Of a stretch of 64,000 nt of DNA, positions 12,985-23,477 are shown in pieces. The stretch is from Atractiella rhizophila (lineage: Eukaryota), in the NCBI GenBank assembly GCA_021432655.1, contig MU271186.1, positions 62,001-126,000 of the forward strand, read 5' to 3'. Under the pieces are notes generated by a model. It saw nothing but the letters and a program-made list of their open reading frames with translations. It did no database searches and had not been told where the DNA came from. Both the position numbers and the translations under genes were made by a program. Numbering within the stretch: position 1 is the first letter of the stretch; each line of letters begins with the position of its first letter.

Positions 12985-14375
12985 ATGCTTGCAGTTCCTC
13001 ATCGCACCTCCTTCCACTCCGGAACTAAGCAGTATTACCACGACGTAGATGTTTGGCCTTCGGACGATCCTTCTTGTAAAGCAGCTCTGGTTTTTGTAAC
13101 TGGGAACCCAGGTCAGTCTTTCGTCTTGAGATTGCACCGGTCTAAAGTAACTTCAAGGCTTGATTTCGTACTACATCCCCTTCTTGACCTTAATTCATCG
13201 CTTGATGAACAGAAAGATCACCATTCTGTCCGTCTCGTTGCTTGGTCATACTCCTTACAGCAAATCAGCATTTTCAACTCACCTTCCGGATCTCGAGGAC
13301 AATATTCAGTCCCTATCCGAGTTTTTAACGTACCTGGCGGAACCAAACACAATCCTTCGTTTCCCTGACACGTCTCTCTACCTCATGACGCATTCCATAG
13401 ACGATCCTTCTTGTAAAGCAGCTCTGGTTTTTGTAACTGGGAACCCAGGTCAGTCTTTCGTCTTGAGATTGCACCGGTCTAAAGTAACTTCAAGGCTTGA
13501 TTTCGTACTACATCCCCTTCTTGACCTTAATTCATCGCTTGATGAACAGAAAGATCACCATTCTGTCCGTCTCGTTGCTTGGTCATACTCCTTACAGCAA
13601 ATCAGCATTTTCAACTCACCTTCCGGATCTCGAGGACAATATTCAGTCCCTATCCGAGTTTTTAACGTACCTGGCGGAACCAAACACAATCCTTCGTTTC
13701 CCTGACACGTCTCTCTACCTCATGACGCATTCCATCGGGACTTACATTACGCTACAAGCTTGGAAACGAAGTCCCTTTTCGACGGACCAGCGGATCAAGC
13801 ATCTCTATGCGCTCTTTCCCACTATCTCGCATATGGACCAAACCGCCAATTACGCCCGCATGCGCCACCTCTTCCACGCACCGATCGTGTTGTATCTCGC
13901 CCCGCTCCTCGTTTTCCTCCTCTCCATTCTCCCTCGCTTTTTCACTTACCTTCTCGTCCGGGTCTTCCAGCCTCACATGCCTGACATCGCAGCTGCCACT
14001 ACTGCTGACTTTCTATACTCTCCACAGTCGGTGCGGACCTCATTACGATTAGCGATGGATGAAATGCAGAAGGTAAAGGAGGTAGACACGGACTTTCTGA
14101 GGGCAACTAAGGAGCACATCAGCTGGCTTTACTGTCCAGATGAGAAGGATGGTTGGGTTCGAGCTTTTGCGAGAGAGGAAATACGAAGTATCGTTGCTCC
14201 GAAGCCGGATATCAAAGGAAAAGGAAAGGCAAACGGATCCGCAGCAGGGAGATTCAAGATAGCTCGAGACGACATTCCCCACGCTTTCTGTTTGGTGGAC
14301 AATCATTATCAAGAGGTCGCAAGTCAGGTGGGGATGTGGCTGAAGCAAGATGTTCAACTTGACCATTCACTGTAG
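12985..14375 (+). CDS. Lipid droplet-associated alpha/beta hydrolase (LDAH/DUF2305 family) with an internal duplication
   Basis: LVFVTGNPGLISYYIPFL, SLLGH, THSIGTYI nucleophile elbow, LFPTISHM, D-G-W-V and IPHAFC. Confidence 0.88.
13063..13735. repeat. Tandem duplication, 337-bp period, copies identical by eye
   Basis: 13063-13398 = 13400-13735; the ORF track shows duplicated peptides. Confidence 0.97.
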
Positions 14376-14603
14376 ATTTGACATTGGTCTTGGTGTGTCG
14401 ATAGATTGCGATAGCGGTTAAGACATTTTATGAAACGAAAGGCTGTAGGGATTTGCGTAGAGAACAGTGACGAAAGAAAAAGGACTGGCACAAGAAAGTC
14501 TGTTATTTACGAGAAGGAAGGCTAGGGATTGTTAACAATAAATCGCTTGAGCTTGAGAGATGAACAAAATAAGACTCATGCCAAACAAAATGAAAGTCAG
14601 TCT

Positions 14604-15684
14604 TCAAAAAGTCTGAGACTGCAGTTTATCACCCTCCATCCCACTCGCAGGAGTTCTCTTGTACCCAATCCCTAAACTTTGGTTGATAAACCTTTTTCCT
14701 GCATTCATATCGAGAACCGGTTTCTGATTTGGGCTAGGGCTAGACATGGCGGTCACGAAAGACACATCATTCAGGGATTCTGTCGGGGATCTATTGGAGG
14801 CATTTGGATCCTTTCCTTGATGAGGAGGTGTTGAGGGTGAACGTACCCCAACAGGAGGTTGTGTACTCGTTGGAGAACTCGACAGAGCACTTCCACCACC
14901 AGCACCAGCCGTGGCACTATCGATCGCAGCTTGAATTTGAGCGGAACTAGGCAGATTCCTATTTCCTCCTCCGTTTCCGTTCCCGTTCGTAGCCGCCCCA
15001 GCAAGATTGCGAAAACTAGTTCGGTGCCCAACGGTGTTTCCTCCGTCTCCTTGGTTCATGCTACCCCTCCTGCCGGTCGAGGTGGGAGAAGAGACATTCA
15101 TGCTTCCTTTGCGCGAGTGGGAACTGGCATTCGATCGAGAACGAGGACGATTTTGGACGGACGTCAGGATGTGGGTGACGTCTGGTCCATTGTAAGCTTG
15201 GATCTTAGCACCCTGATCCACTGAAAGGATAGGTGGGGGTGAGGCTAGGAGAGTAAGAAAAGCCCGTTTGGCTGTGCAATTCCAATGCATCAGCCCTTCC
15301 TCCAACAAGAATGTGAAGCAGGTGACGGTCTTACCAACTGTGGGATCATTGAAAACAATGAGGCAAGTCACATCATCGACCCATTTCAATTTGAAGCCTC
15401 CTCTGTCCTCCTCCCATTCTTGAAAGATGACCTGAATATCTCTCGTTTTCAAGTCGGGATTGAAACCAGACAGCTTCAGTATTCTGAGCCGTAACTATCA
15501 AATTACGCCCGACTTTTCCAAACAAAACAAGTACTCACCTCGTAGTAGAAACATTGGATGCCACTCCGGTTGGGTTCGGGAGAGTAGGGTTAGTAAGTAG
15601 GGACATAGGCAACGACGGAGGGAGCACAGAATTAACAGTTGGAGGACCGTTGGTTAGAGGGAGAGAGACTGGAACAGATGTCAT
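14604..15684 (-). CDS. Protein with an R3HCC1/Thc1-type RRM-like domain and a low-complexity tail
   Basis: ILKLSGFNPDLKTRDIQVIF..GFKLKWVDDVTCLIVFNDPTVAKRAF; two coding introns. Confidence 0.7.
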
Positions 15685-16377
15685 TCTTAGGGAGAAGAAT
15701 TTGGTGATAAGTTCGTCGTGTCGGACTGAAAGAGAACGAAGTGCGTTTCGTGATGGAAATTGCGAAAGAGCTTGCTACACCACATCAACGGTCAGAAAAA
15801 GAGCCATTTAGTTTACAATGGCACGAATACATACCTTTCTATGTTTCTGATGCTATCACTTGGTCGTTTCGTCGTTTCTGGTTCCGTTTGGGTGGCAGCT
15901 GAGTAGGGCTAGGGCTGCTTTGGGTCAGAAAGACTGCACGTGATATCAACACGTCTGAAACGCCTAATATCCCTCAGAACTACCATATCAAAGTTGTGTG
16001 TTCGTGGTGGGAGGTTAGTGAGAAGAAGAACTGTGGTTAAGATGGTGGGTGGTCTGTCCTTTTCTTCTTTCGGCTGTGTGTTGTCTGTTCTGTTCTAAAT
16101 CCGACTTCCGTGAAAACACTCAGAGTTTCCTGTGGATATCTCAAGATTTGGTCTCTTTATGACAAAATTTAATAAACTATAATATATATCTGTTTATTCA
16201 TACTTATTTGAGGAAAAGTGTAGATAAAACACCTGCTCCAACAGAGTTATGAGTAGCTATTGGTTTCTGCACTCTTCGAAGTCATTCCATGAGCGGTTGT
16301 ACTCCGTCGCTATATGCTGCATATTCATATATACAACCTAGCTTATTGAAAAGTATTGCTACAAGTTCTGTCCCAAA

Positions 16378-18395
16378 TTACTCCTCATCGTCATCCTCCC
16401 CTGACTCTTGCCCTTCGACGTTTAAAAAACTGAAAGCACTTGTAGTGGGGATCAATATTCCTTCCATCTCTTCACTCCCTTCTTCCTCAGAATCATCAGA
16501 ACTATCTGCGGTTCTATCCTCGCCAGACTCGTCCATAGATGAAACCTCCTCGTGTTCATGGTCCTCTCCTAGTCCTTCCATGATCTCCGTCCCTTGAAAC
16601 TCCTTCAACCAGATTCCCTCTTTCCCTTCTTCTACTCCAGTGCTTGATTCTTGGATATTGGGACTAAAAGCCCACTTGATCGCGCCAGCGTGCATTGCTC
16701 GAAGTATGGCATGACCTGCTCGATAGATATCTGGTCTTCCCGCTTTGGCTGTAATGAAACCCTGAGACTCGGCGTAAGTGCCAAGGATGTCATCAGTCGT
16801 CCAAGCTTGAGTACGCAGAGGCAGTTGGAGAATTTGTTCGAGCGGGAGCCGTTCGCAGACAAAATACATCACGGGAGCGATGTTCTGAAGTGGAATAATT
16901 CCCCCTAGAACCTATTTCATTTGTTAGTTGTGTTGAATTTATGTTCAGGAAGAGGATTACCTGAAGCTCGAACCCGCATACGCTGGGAAAGACCAGGCCA
17001 GGACCTGGTGGACTTTTCAGATCATGTCCATCTCGACTGGAGGACTCACAGTCTACGAGGCGTAATGTTGGATTCAGAAAAATTGTCTGAAAATGCTTCG
17101 TTTTTCCCGGCGTTTTCGAAGCCTTCACAACTTTGCGGCCTGTATTGCAAAAGCATCGGCGACTCTCAATCCCTAAGAATGGCATTCCTTACCTACTAAA
17201 GAGTTGAGCAAAGAGGATTTACCGACGTTCGGCTGACCGATTAGACCTATGGAGAGGAATGGTTTAATTCCTACGGTTTCTGTTTCGTGGTCTTCCAGAT
17301 CTGGAGCATCTTTGTCATTATCCTTTTCGACGTAATAACCTTGTCTGTCAAGCCAGTCAACTTGAACTCGACACCGCGGCTTCCAGCGCTGGAGTTTGTC
17401 GGGATCCTGCAGTAATTCTTTCGGAGGGGTGATCAACTCTTCATGAACGCGCTGCAGCTCAGCCATCAGAGCAGTTCGTTGCGTTTCTGAGATTCCTGAT
17501 TCGGTAGTCGCGACATTCGCTGCTAGAGCACTCAGTAATCGTTCAGACAGCCAAAGGAGTACGAGCCTTGGGTATTCTCGCCTAATGTCTTTGTTCGGTA
17601 ACTTTCTAGGAAGACACAGCGCCAGCCATCTGGCTTGAACATGTCATCGAAGTGTGCTCTCCATTGCTCAGCAAGTTTCTCTGAGACTAAATCACACTTC
17701 GTCAAGACGAGCACAACCTTCTTCTTTGGCCGTAAACTGCGGAGATGATCTTGGAGAGACATAGGAAAATGTAAGAGGGGGCAACGGACGTCAAGAAGCA
17801 CTAGAAGGATCTCTGCTGCTTCTGTAACCCTCCACAGCTGTCGCCAGACGGACAAGTTTCTCTCGAAGAAGGAAGGGGACGGTGTAACCTCGTCTGCCTC
17901 GTTTCCATCACGATTCTGTTCAGCCGGCATGTTAACTTTGTCAGAATCTTGCAGCCAGCGCCGGAACTGCCCTTCTTCATTCTTCTCCACCTCTTTTTTG
18001 CTCATTTCGTAATTCCATTTTGGCCTTTTAGGGCAAACAAACGCTTTTCCTTCCTCATGTTTATCCCAATCTTCCCTCCACTTGCCCATGATCGGATCGA
18101 CTGGACGCTGTAAAGGCTTTCTACTGTTCTCGCGAATGTAGAAGTCGAGCGTTGATTTTGGGAGCCTGATAAAGCGGGATTCGAGTGCTTTCCTCGCCTT
18201 CTGTCGCGCAACAAGTGCCGGATCGTCGAGATATGATTTCCCAATGTTTCGTCCGCCGCGCGAATACTTTGAATTCTTCACTTTCCGAGCCGCTGGACCC
18301 GGCGTATCTTCGGGAACGCCATCGCGCTTCTGTTGTCTCTTTGCTTGCAGTTTCGCTTTCTTCGCTTTTGTTGATGACGGGATCTTACGACTCAT
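16378..18395 (-). CDS. Circularly permuted YlqF/YawG-family GTPase, GNL1-like
   Basis: FERNLSVWRQLWRVTE, VLTKCDL, GLIGQPNVGKSSLLNSL, TPGKTKHFQT, LVDCPGLVFP and GRPDIYRAG. Confidence 0.9.
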
Positions 18396-18683
18396 CCTTG
18401 TTCTGTTGGGCAAAGGACGTTCGAACTAGAGCTCGTTCTCGCTGAAAGCAGCTCAGTGTTAGCGCATTTCAAAGTGATACGGAAGAGAGAGCGGCATCAC
18501 ACAGTAGGTAATTATCAAAGACAACCTAGACTTTGAAATGACGATAGAGCGTCTACTAGAAATCTCGCAGACACTGGACATCTGGTAATCGATGCCTTGA
18601 AGTATGAGTCACCAGCAGTCACATCAATCAATGTCCTCTACCACCTTGGGAATAACAGAGTGGATTTTCGTTAACACGTCCAG

Positions 18684-20502
18684 ATGTCGCTTCTTGCAGA
18701 CATTCGACAAGGCCATAAACTTCGCAAGGGAACTATAGTTCGGGATCGTTCTGCGCCGCACCTCACAGATTCGTCTGAGGTTGCACGGAAATACACAACT
18801 TCCATACTTCAAACGAATATGGAGAGCTGGCTACCCTTGCTTTCTGGTCACTCGCCAGAAACAGTCTTTATCCCACTATCGAGGGACCAGGCGACCCTCA
18901 TTACGATTGCTCATAACGATGCTTTGAAACGTGAAGATGCCATCAACTCAGCTGCCAGTGAATACGTAATGATGGGCAGGGTTTCCAGCCCACTCAATCC
19001 TCAGGAAGAGATACTGCGTACAGATTTGGGCGGAAAATTACGAAGTGTCATGGAGTCTTTCGGTGGAGGTTGCTTTGCAAAGCTATCGTCTCGTTCTCCA
19101 AAAGATGCAGCCATTTTATCAGGTGCTTTCGAACGCTGTTATCGTGACAGCGTTTCTTATCTGGATGTCACGGACGAAAATCTCAAAGTCAAGATCCTGT
19201 CCGAAATTGAAGGCGCATGTTTGAAGTTCGTCAACCCAGAAGAAGTTATTAGGGCACTCATTTTGAGCGATCGAGTCTCGCAGGTCATAACCCCCATCAA
19301 GGAGATGTTTACTCTGTTGATTCGCGGGTATTTAGGACATTTTATTTGCAGACGAACGTGAGAGTTGGGGCTTGAATATCGTGGTTAGGGAGTGGCGACC
19401 AGTTCCAATTGAGATGGCAAGTGAACCCGCTGGAGCTGATAATCTGCCGTTTTACCCGTCAGCAGGAGTTTCGCGCGTTCGTTTCGAATAAAAGGATCAC
19501 CGCTATTTCTCAGTACGCCTACGAATTCTGTTCACCGGACCTCAATGTTCCTGCATATCTGGCGCTCACGGTGAAGAAGATTCGACAATTGTTTGAAGAT
19601 TCCATTAAACCGATTCTAGACAAGCACAGCTTCGAAGAGTACGTTATCGACTTCGGAGTGAAACCAGGTGGCCAAGAAGGTGGCGACGATTGGGGAGTAT
19701 TCGTTATTGAACTCAATCCCTTCGCAGAAACAACAGATGCTGCTCTGTTTAGTTGGACCCAAGATTCTGCAATCTTGAACGGGACAGCGGAAGGCGTGGA
19801 GTTCCCAGTATTGAGGATCACTAAAGAACCTCGCAAAGGAGCTTTGCAGAAATTGCCTCAGCGATGGAAAAAGGTAATAGAGCGGGTCGACAAAGAACAT
19901 AGTGAGTTTCGCTCACCAAAAAGTTCGCTTTGTTGACTTGTAAAACGGGTGAGGAACCTCCGTCTTTTGAGATTCGGAATGGATACGAATCCGATGTTCC
20001 ACAAATCCTGGCCATACAGACGCATTATGTTCTTAACACAATTGCGACGTTCAGGACGATCCCTCCGACACTCTCTGAAGCCATTACAGCCTTCAAGACA
20101 GCCACTGCTCAAGGAAACCCTTATCTAGTCGCCTGCTCCTCTGACGCTGTTATCGGCTATGGTTACACATCCCAATTCCGTCCGCAACAGGCATATTCTG
20201 GTACAATCGAACTATCTATCTACCTCTCTCCCGATTTTACTTCCAAGGGCTGTGGCAGAAAACTCCTTCTCCGGTTAATAGACGACTTGCAAAAGAAGAC
20301 AAACTTCAAACAACTCATTGCCGTGGTAGCTGGAGATAATGTTGAAGGCAGAGGAGCTTATGAAAGGCTGTCGCAGTTTTATGAGAGATTCGGTTTTGTG
20401 AGGACAGGGACATTAAAAGGCGTGGGCCATAAATTTGGAAGGTGGCTCGACACGACTTACTTCCAACTGGATTTGAACAAGAGAGTATGTTATCGTTGTT
20501 AA
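18684..20502 (+). CDS. WH2 + Cdc123/R2K-type ATP-grasp + probable C-terminal GNAT fusion protein
   Basis: LLADIRQGHKLRK..DRSAP (WH2). FAKLSSRSPKDA, VREW, MEFRAFV..ITAISQY and FVIELNPF (ATP-grasp). ELSIYL..KGCGRKLL..FYERFGF..GHKFGRWLD (GNAT). Introns 19284-19335, 19417-19465 (GC-AG) and probably 19902-19948. Confidence 0.75.
19949..20502 (+). CDS. GNAT acetyltransferase domain (phosphinothricin acetyltransferase/YncA-like); no in-frame ATG, so probably the last exon of the upstream gene
   Basis: ILAIQTHYVLNTIATF, GYGYTSQFRPQQAYSGTIELSIY and VGHKFGRWLDT. The ORF contains no Met. Confidence 0.85.
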
Positions 20503-20565
20503 TGATATAAACGCCAGAATGAAGGAAAGTACTAAATGTCCGAAGGTTAAATGCGACACTTAGTG

Positions 20566-20571
20566 CACGTG
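20566..20571. promoter_or_regulatory. CACGTG E-box upstream of COG3 (similar sites at 15937, 47334, 57588)
   Basis: (G/T)CACGTGA lies shortly upstream of four start codons. Confidence 0.4.
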
Positions 20572-20636
20572 AGGGAATCTCTCAATTGCCAACTTGACGA
20601 AGCTGAAGCGGGCCCTTCGACAACGATAACAACATC

Positions 20637-23333
20637 ATGAGTAAACCGGCAAATCCAGCTCAACAAGGCAACGTCCGCGTTCTCTCTTTGGAGGAATGGG
20701 AGACTCTTCTCGCGCCACTCACTCCAGCCGCACGACAGAGTGTCGACTCTATTGCCAATGCAATCTCTACAAGACCAGTTCCTGAAGCAGTAGGTGCCTT
20801 GTCTATTCCGTTAAGTGTAGTAAATTCAATCTATACCAGCTGGCCCCTCGTCCCCAGCCAACACGCACACTGTCACGTCCTGGAACGCCAGTCCAACAAG
20901 ATCGTCTGAAACGACAGCCATCACGACGGGAGGTTATTCTCGGCTCTCAGTCTCCGCGACAAGGTTCGAGTCGAGCCAAATCACCTCCTACTGGCGGCTT
21001 CTCATTGAGTACACCGGTTGAAACACCACAACAGTTTTACGAGCTTTTCGCAACTGTCCAGGCGGCCATGGATTTAGAGCAAGAAGCCATCTACAGGAAA
21101 TACCTGGACGAGATACGAGGTTACATTGAACGTTCGGAAGTTGTGTTGGGGAAGCTGGAAGACGGGAGAGGCCTTCTAAAAGAAATGGAAGCGAATCAGA
21201 AATTCGTCGAAGATGGAGCCGAGGCTCTTCAAGATGCCTGCGAAGAACTCTTAGATGAACAGGTGCCTCAATTTTCTATCCGTCCAGAAATGCCCCTGAG
21301 TTGATCCAAATAGCGGTACCTGCTGCATCTTTCCGACAATATCGAACACAAACTTGGATATTTTCGCGAACTCGAATCAGCACAGAGGCTTCTCAACCAG
21401 ACCGGAGAGTCGCTTGTCCTAGAGCCAGAATTCGTCCAGATGCTAGATAAGGTGGAGTCATCCATAGACTTTCTCAAGGCAAATGTGCGTCGTTACCTTC
21501 TCCTTATTTCGTCGCATCCTTCCCTCATGCCTTGTTTTCAATCCCCTCAGCGTGATTTCAAGGACTCGGAGATTTATCTTCTGCGATTTCAGCAATGCCT
21601 CACTCGAGCCATGACTCTCCTCAAAATGTACTTCATCAACTTTCTCCGACACCTTTGGGGCGAAATATCGGCCCTCACTCTCGGGAAAGAGCTCGATCCA
21701 GTTGTTGAGGGGACACTTTTTTATGGGAAGTTTACAACGTATGCGGATACAATACGCCCATTAGTATGGGAGCTGGAGAAGCGAGCTGATAGAGAACCGG
21801 AGGAGTATAAAAGTCTTCTTGGAGAGTGTCACCAGGCATGGACTGCGACTAGAGGTCAACTCATTGGTGCAATGGTTTCAGAGGAAGTAAGGAGGATGGG
21901 GGTGGCAGAAAAAGACTTGGTCAAACTGGTGAGGTGTACAAATCAGTTAAGCTGGTGTTAACGGACTATGACACAGACGAAAACTGGCTGCTCCTACCTA
22001 CGAAACGTCTGCCAGAAAGAGTATGACCTATTTCGCTCCTACTTCGCACTGTCCGGTACTCCAGAGATCTAGTTAGCTGGCATCCCACTTTCCTCTGACG
22101 TTACGAGCTCACCTCTTCTATAGTCAGCAACTGGAGCACCTTTGTGATACTCTATACGACTTGTTGCGACCACTTATCCTCTCATCCACGCTGCCGACCC
22201 TTTGCGATCTCTGCACCGTTCTCTCCGCCATGGTCTCTCTCGATGTCTCGGACTCTGAACCGTCATCTCCCTTAGCCTCTCCCTCCCACTTCATGCATGA
22301 GCAATCCCTCCATTCTTTCCGATTCAACGTTCTCCTCTCTCCTCTCCTCGAAGATGCGCAAACCCGTCTAGTTTTCCGAGCGCAGGCTGTCCTCGAGAGC
22401 GACATCGTTCGATTTGTACCAGCTGCGAAGGATTTGGACTACCCGGAGAAGCTGGAGGGTGGAAACGGAGGCATCGCAGCCTGGAAGACCGCCGACGGTG
22501 GACTGGCTACGTTCGAGCTACCGGAAGGAGACCAAAAGGATAGCTTCTATCCGACTCTCATCAAAACTGTCTGGTTGTTGGGAAGTCTTGAAAGTCGTGT
22601 GGCGGTTTGTCTCTAGCCTCCAGGTTGCAACTTTCTTCATATGAGCATAGGGAACTATTTTTGAGGATTTTGGCAATGAAGCCGTCAGTTGCTGTCGACG
22701 CTCTTTTCATACAGCCGCAGAATCTATCGGAAAGAAAAGCCTGTTGGACTCCAAGCTGTTTCTAATCCGGCATCTTCTCATTCTCAAAGAGGTCGTACGG
22801 AACGTAGACATGGTACAAATTGACAGAGCGGTGGACTTCACTTCGTCAATAGGTTCGTGACAGCGCACTATCTGTGGCTAGGTTGAACCATTTGACAGAT
22901 GTGCTTGGAAATTTGTTGCGAGGGAAATCCAACATTCTTGACCCTTCTACGCTCTATCATTTGGCGTCCAAAGGAATGCCGAGTTTTGCAGAGAAGACAG
23001 TGGACGCAAAAAATGTGCGTAATGTTGCCTGATCAAGGATACGCCATTGACAAATCTAACAGGAACTGGAAGCTGACCTTCGTTTAGCGTGCGAAGAGGC
23101 GATCACGACAGCAACCAACGAGATTAACAAAGCAGCGGGTGAGGGAGAGGACGCGCAGAAAGCAAGAGATGCATTAAAAAGCATCCAAACTCAGTTGGTA
23201 CTTTACCTTGGAGATGAGATTCACGAGCAACTGTACAAACCAATCAAGGTAAGCTGTTCCGCTTGCTTTCCTGCTTGGAGTTCATATCCAACTTTCATTT
23301 CAGGAATGGGTCACAGGGGAATATGGTTCTTAG
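20637..23333 (+). CDS. COG3: Conserved oligomeric Golgi complex subunit 3 (Sec34)
   Basis: PVETPQQFYE, DFKDSEIYLLRFQQCLTRAMTL, LRPLIL..LCDLCTVL, DAQTRLVFRAQ, DLDYPEKL, FYPTLIKT and FLIRHLLILKE. Confidence 0.93.
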
Positions 23334-23477
23334 TCAGTACGGTACGGATGTGAACGAAGGATAGATTTCCATCTGATGCAGTTGAATGCGAGGCTAAATG
23401 CATGTTGAATGCGACTGATACAAACGAGTTAATGACCGACAACGGACGATGTAGAGTTGAATGACAAAGGAAACGCT

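Noticed and set aside
14730..15916. GGGCTAGGGCT as a telomere-like repeat
   Set aside because: Only two units at each site; one lies in coding sequence.
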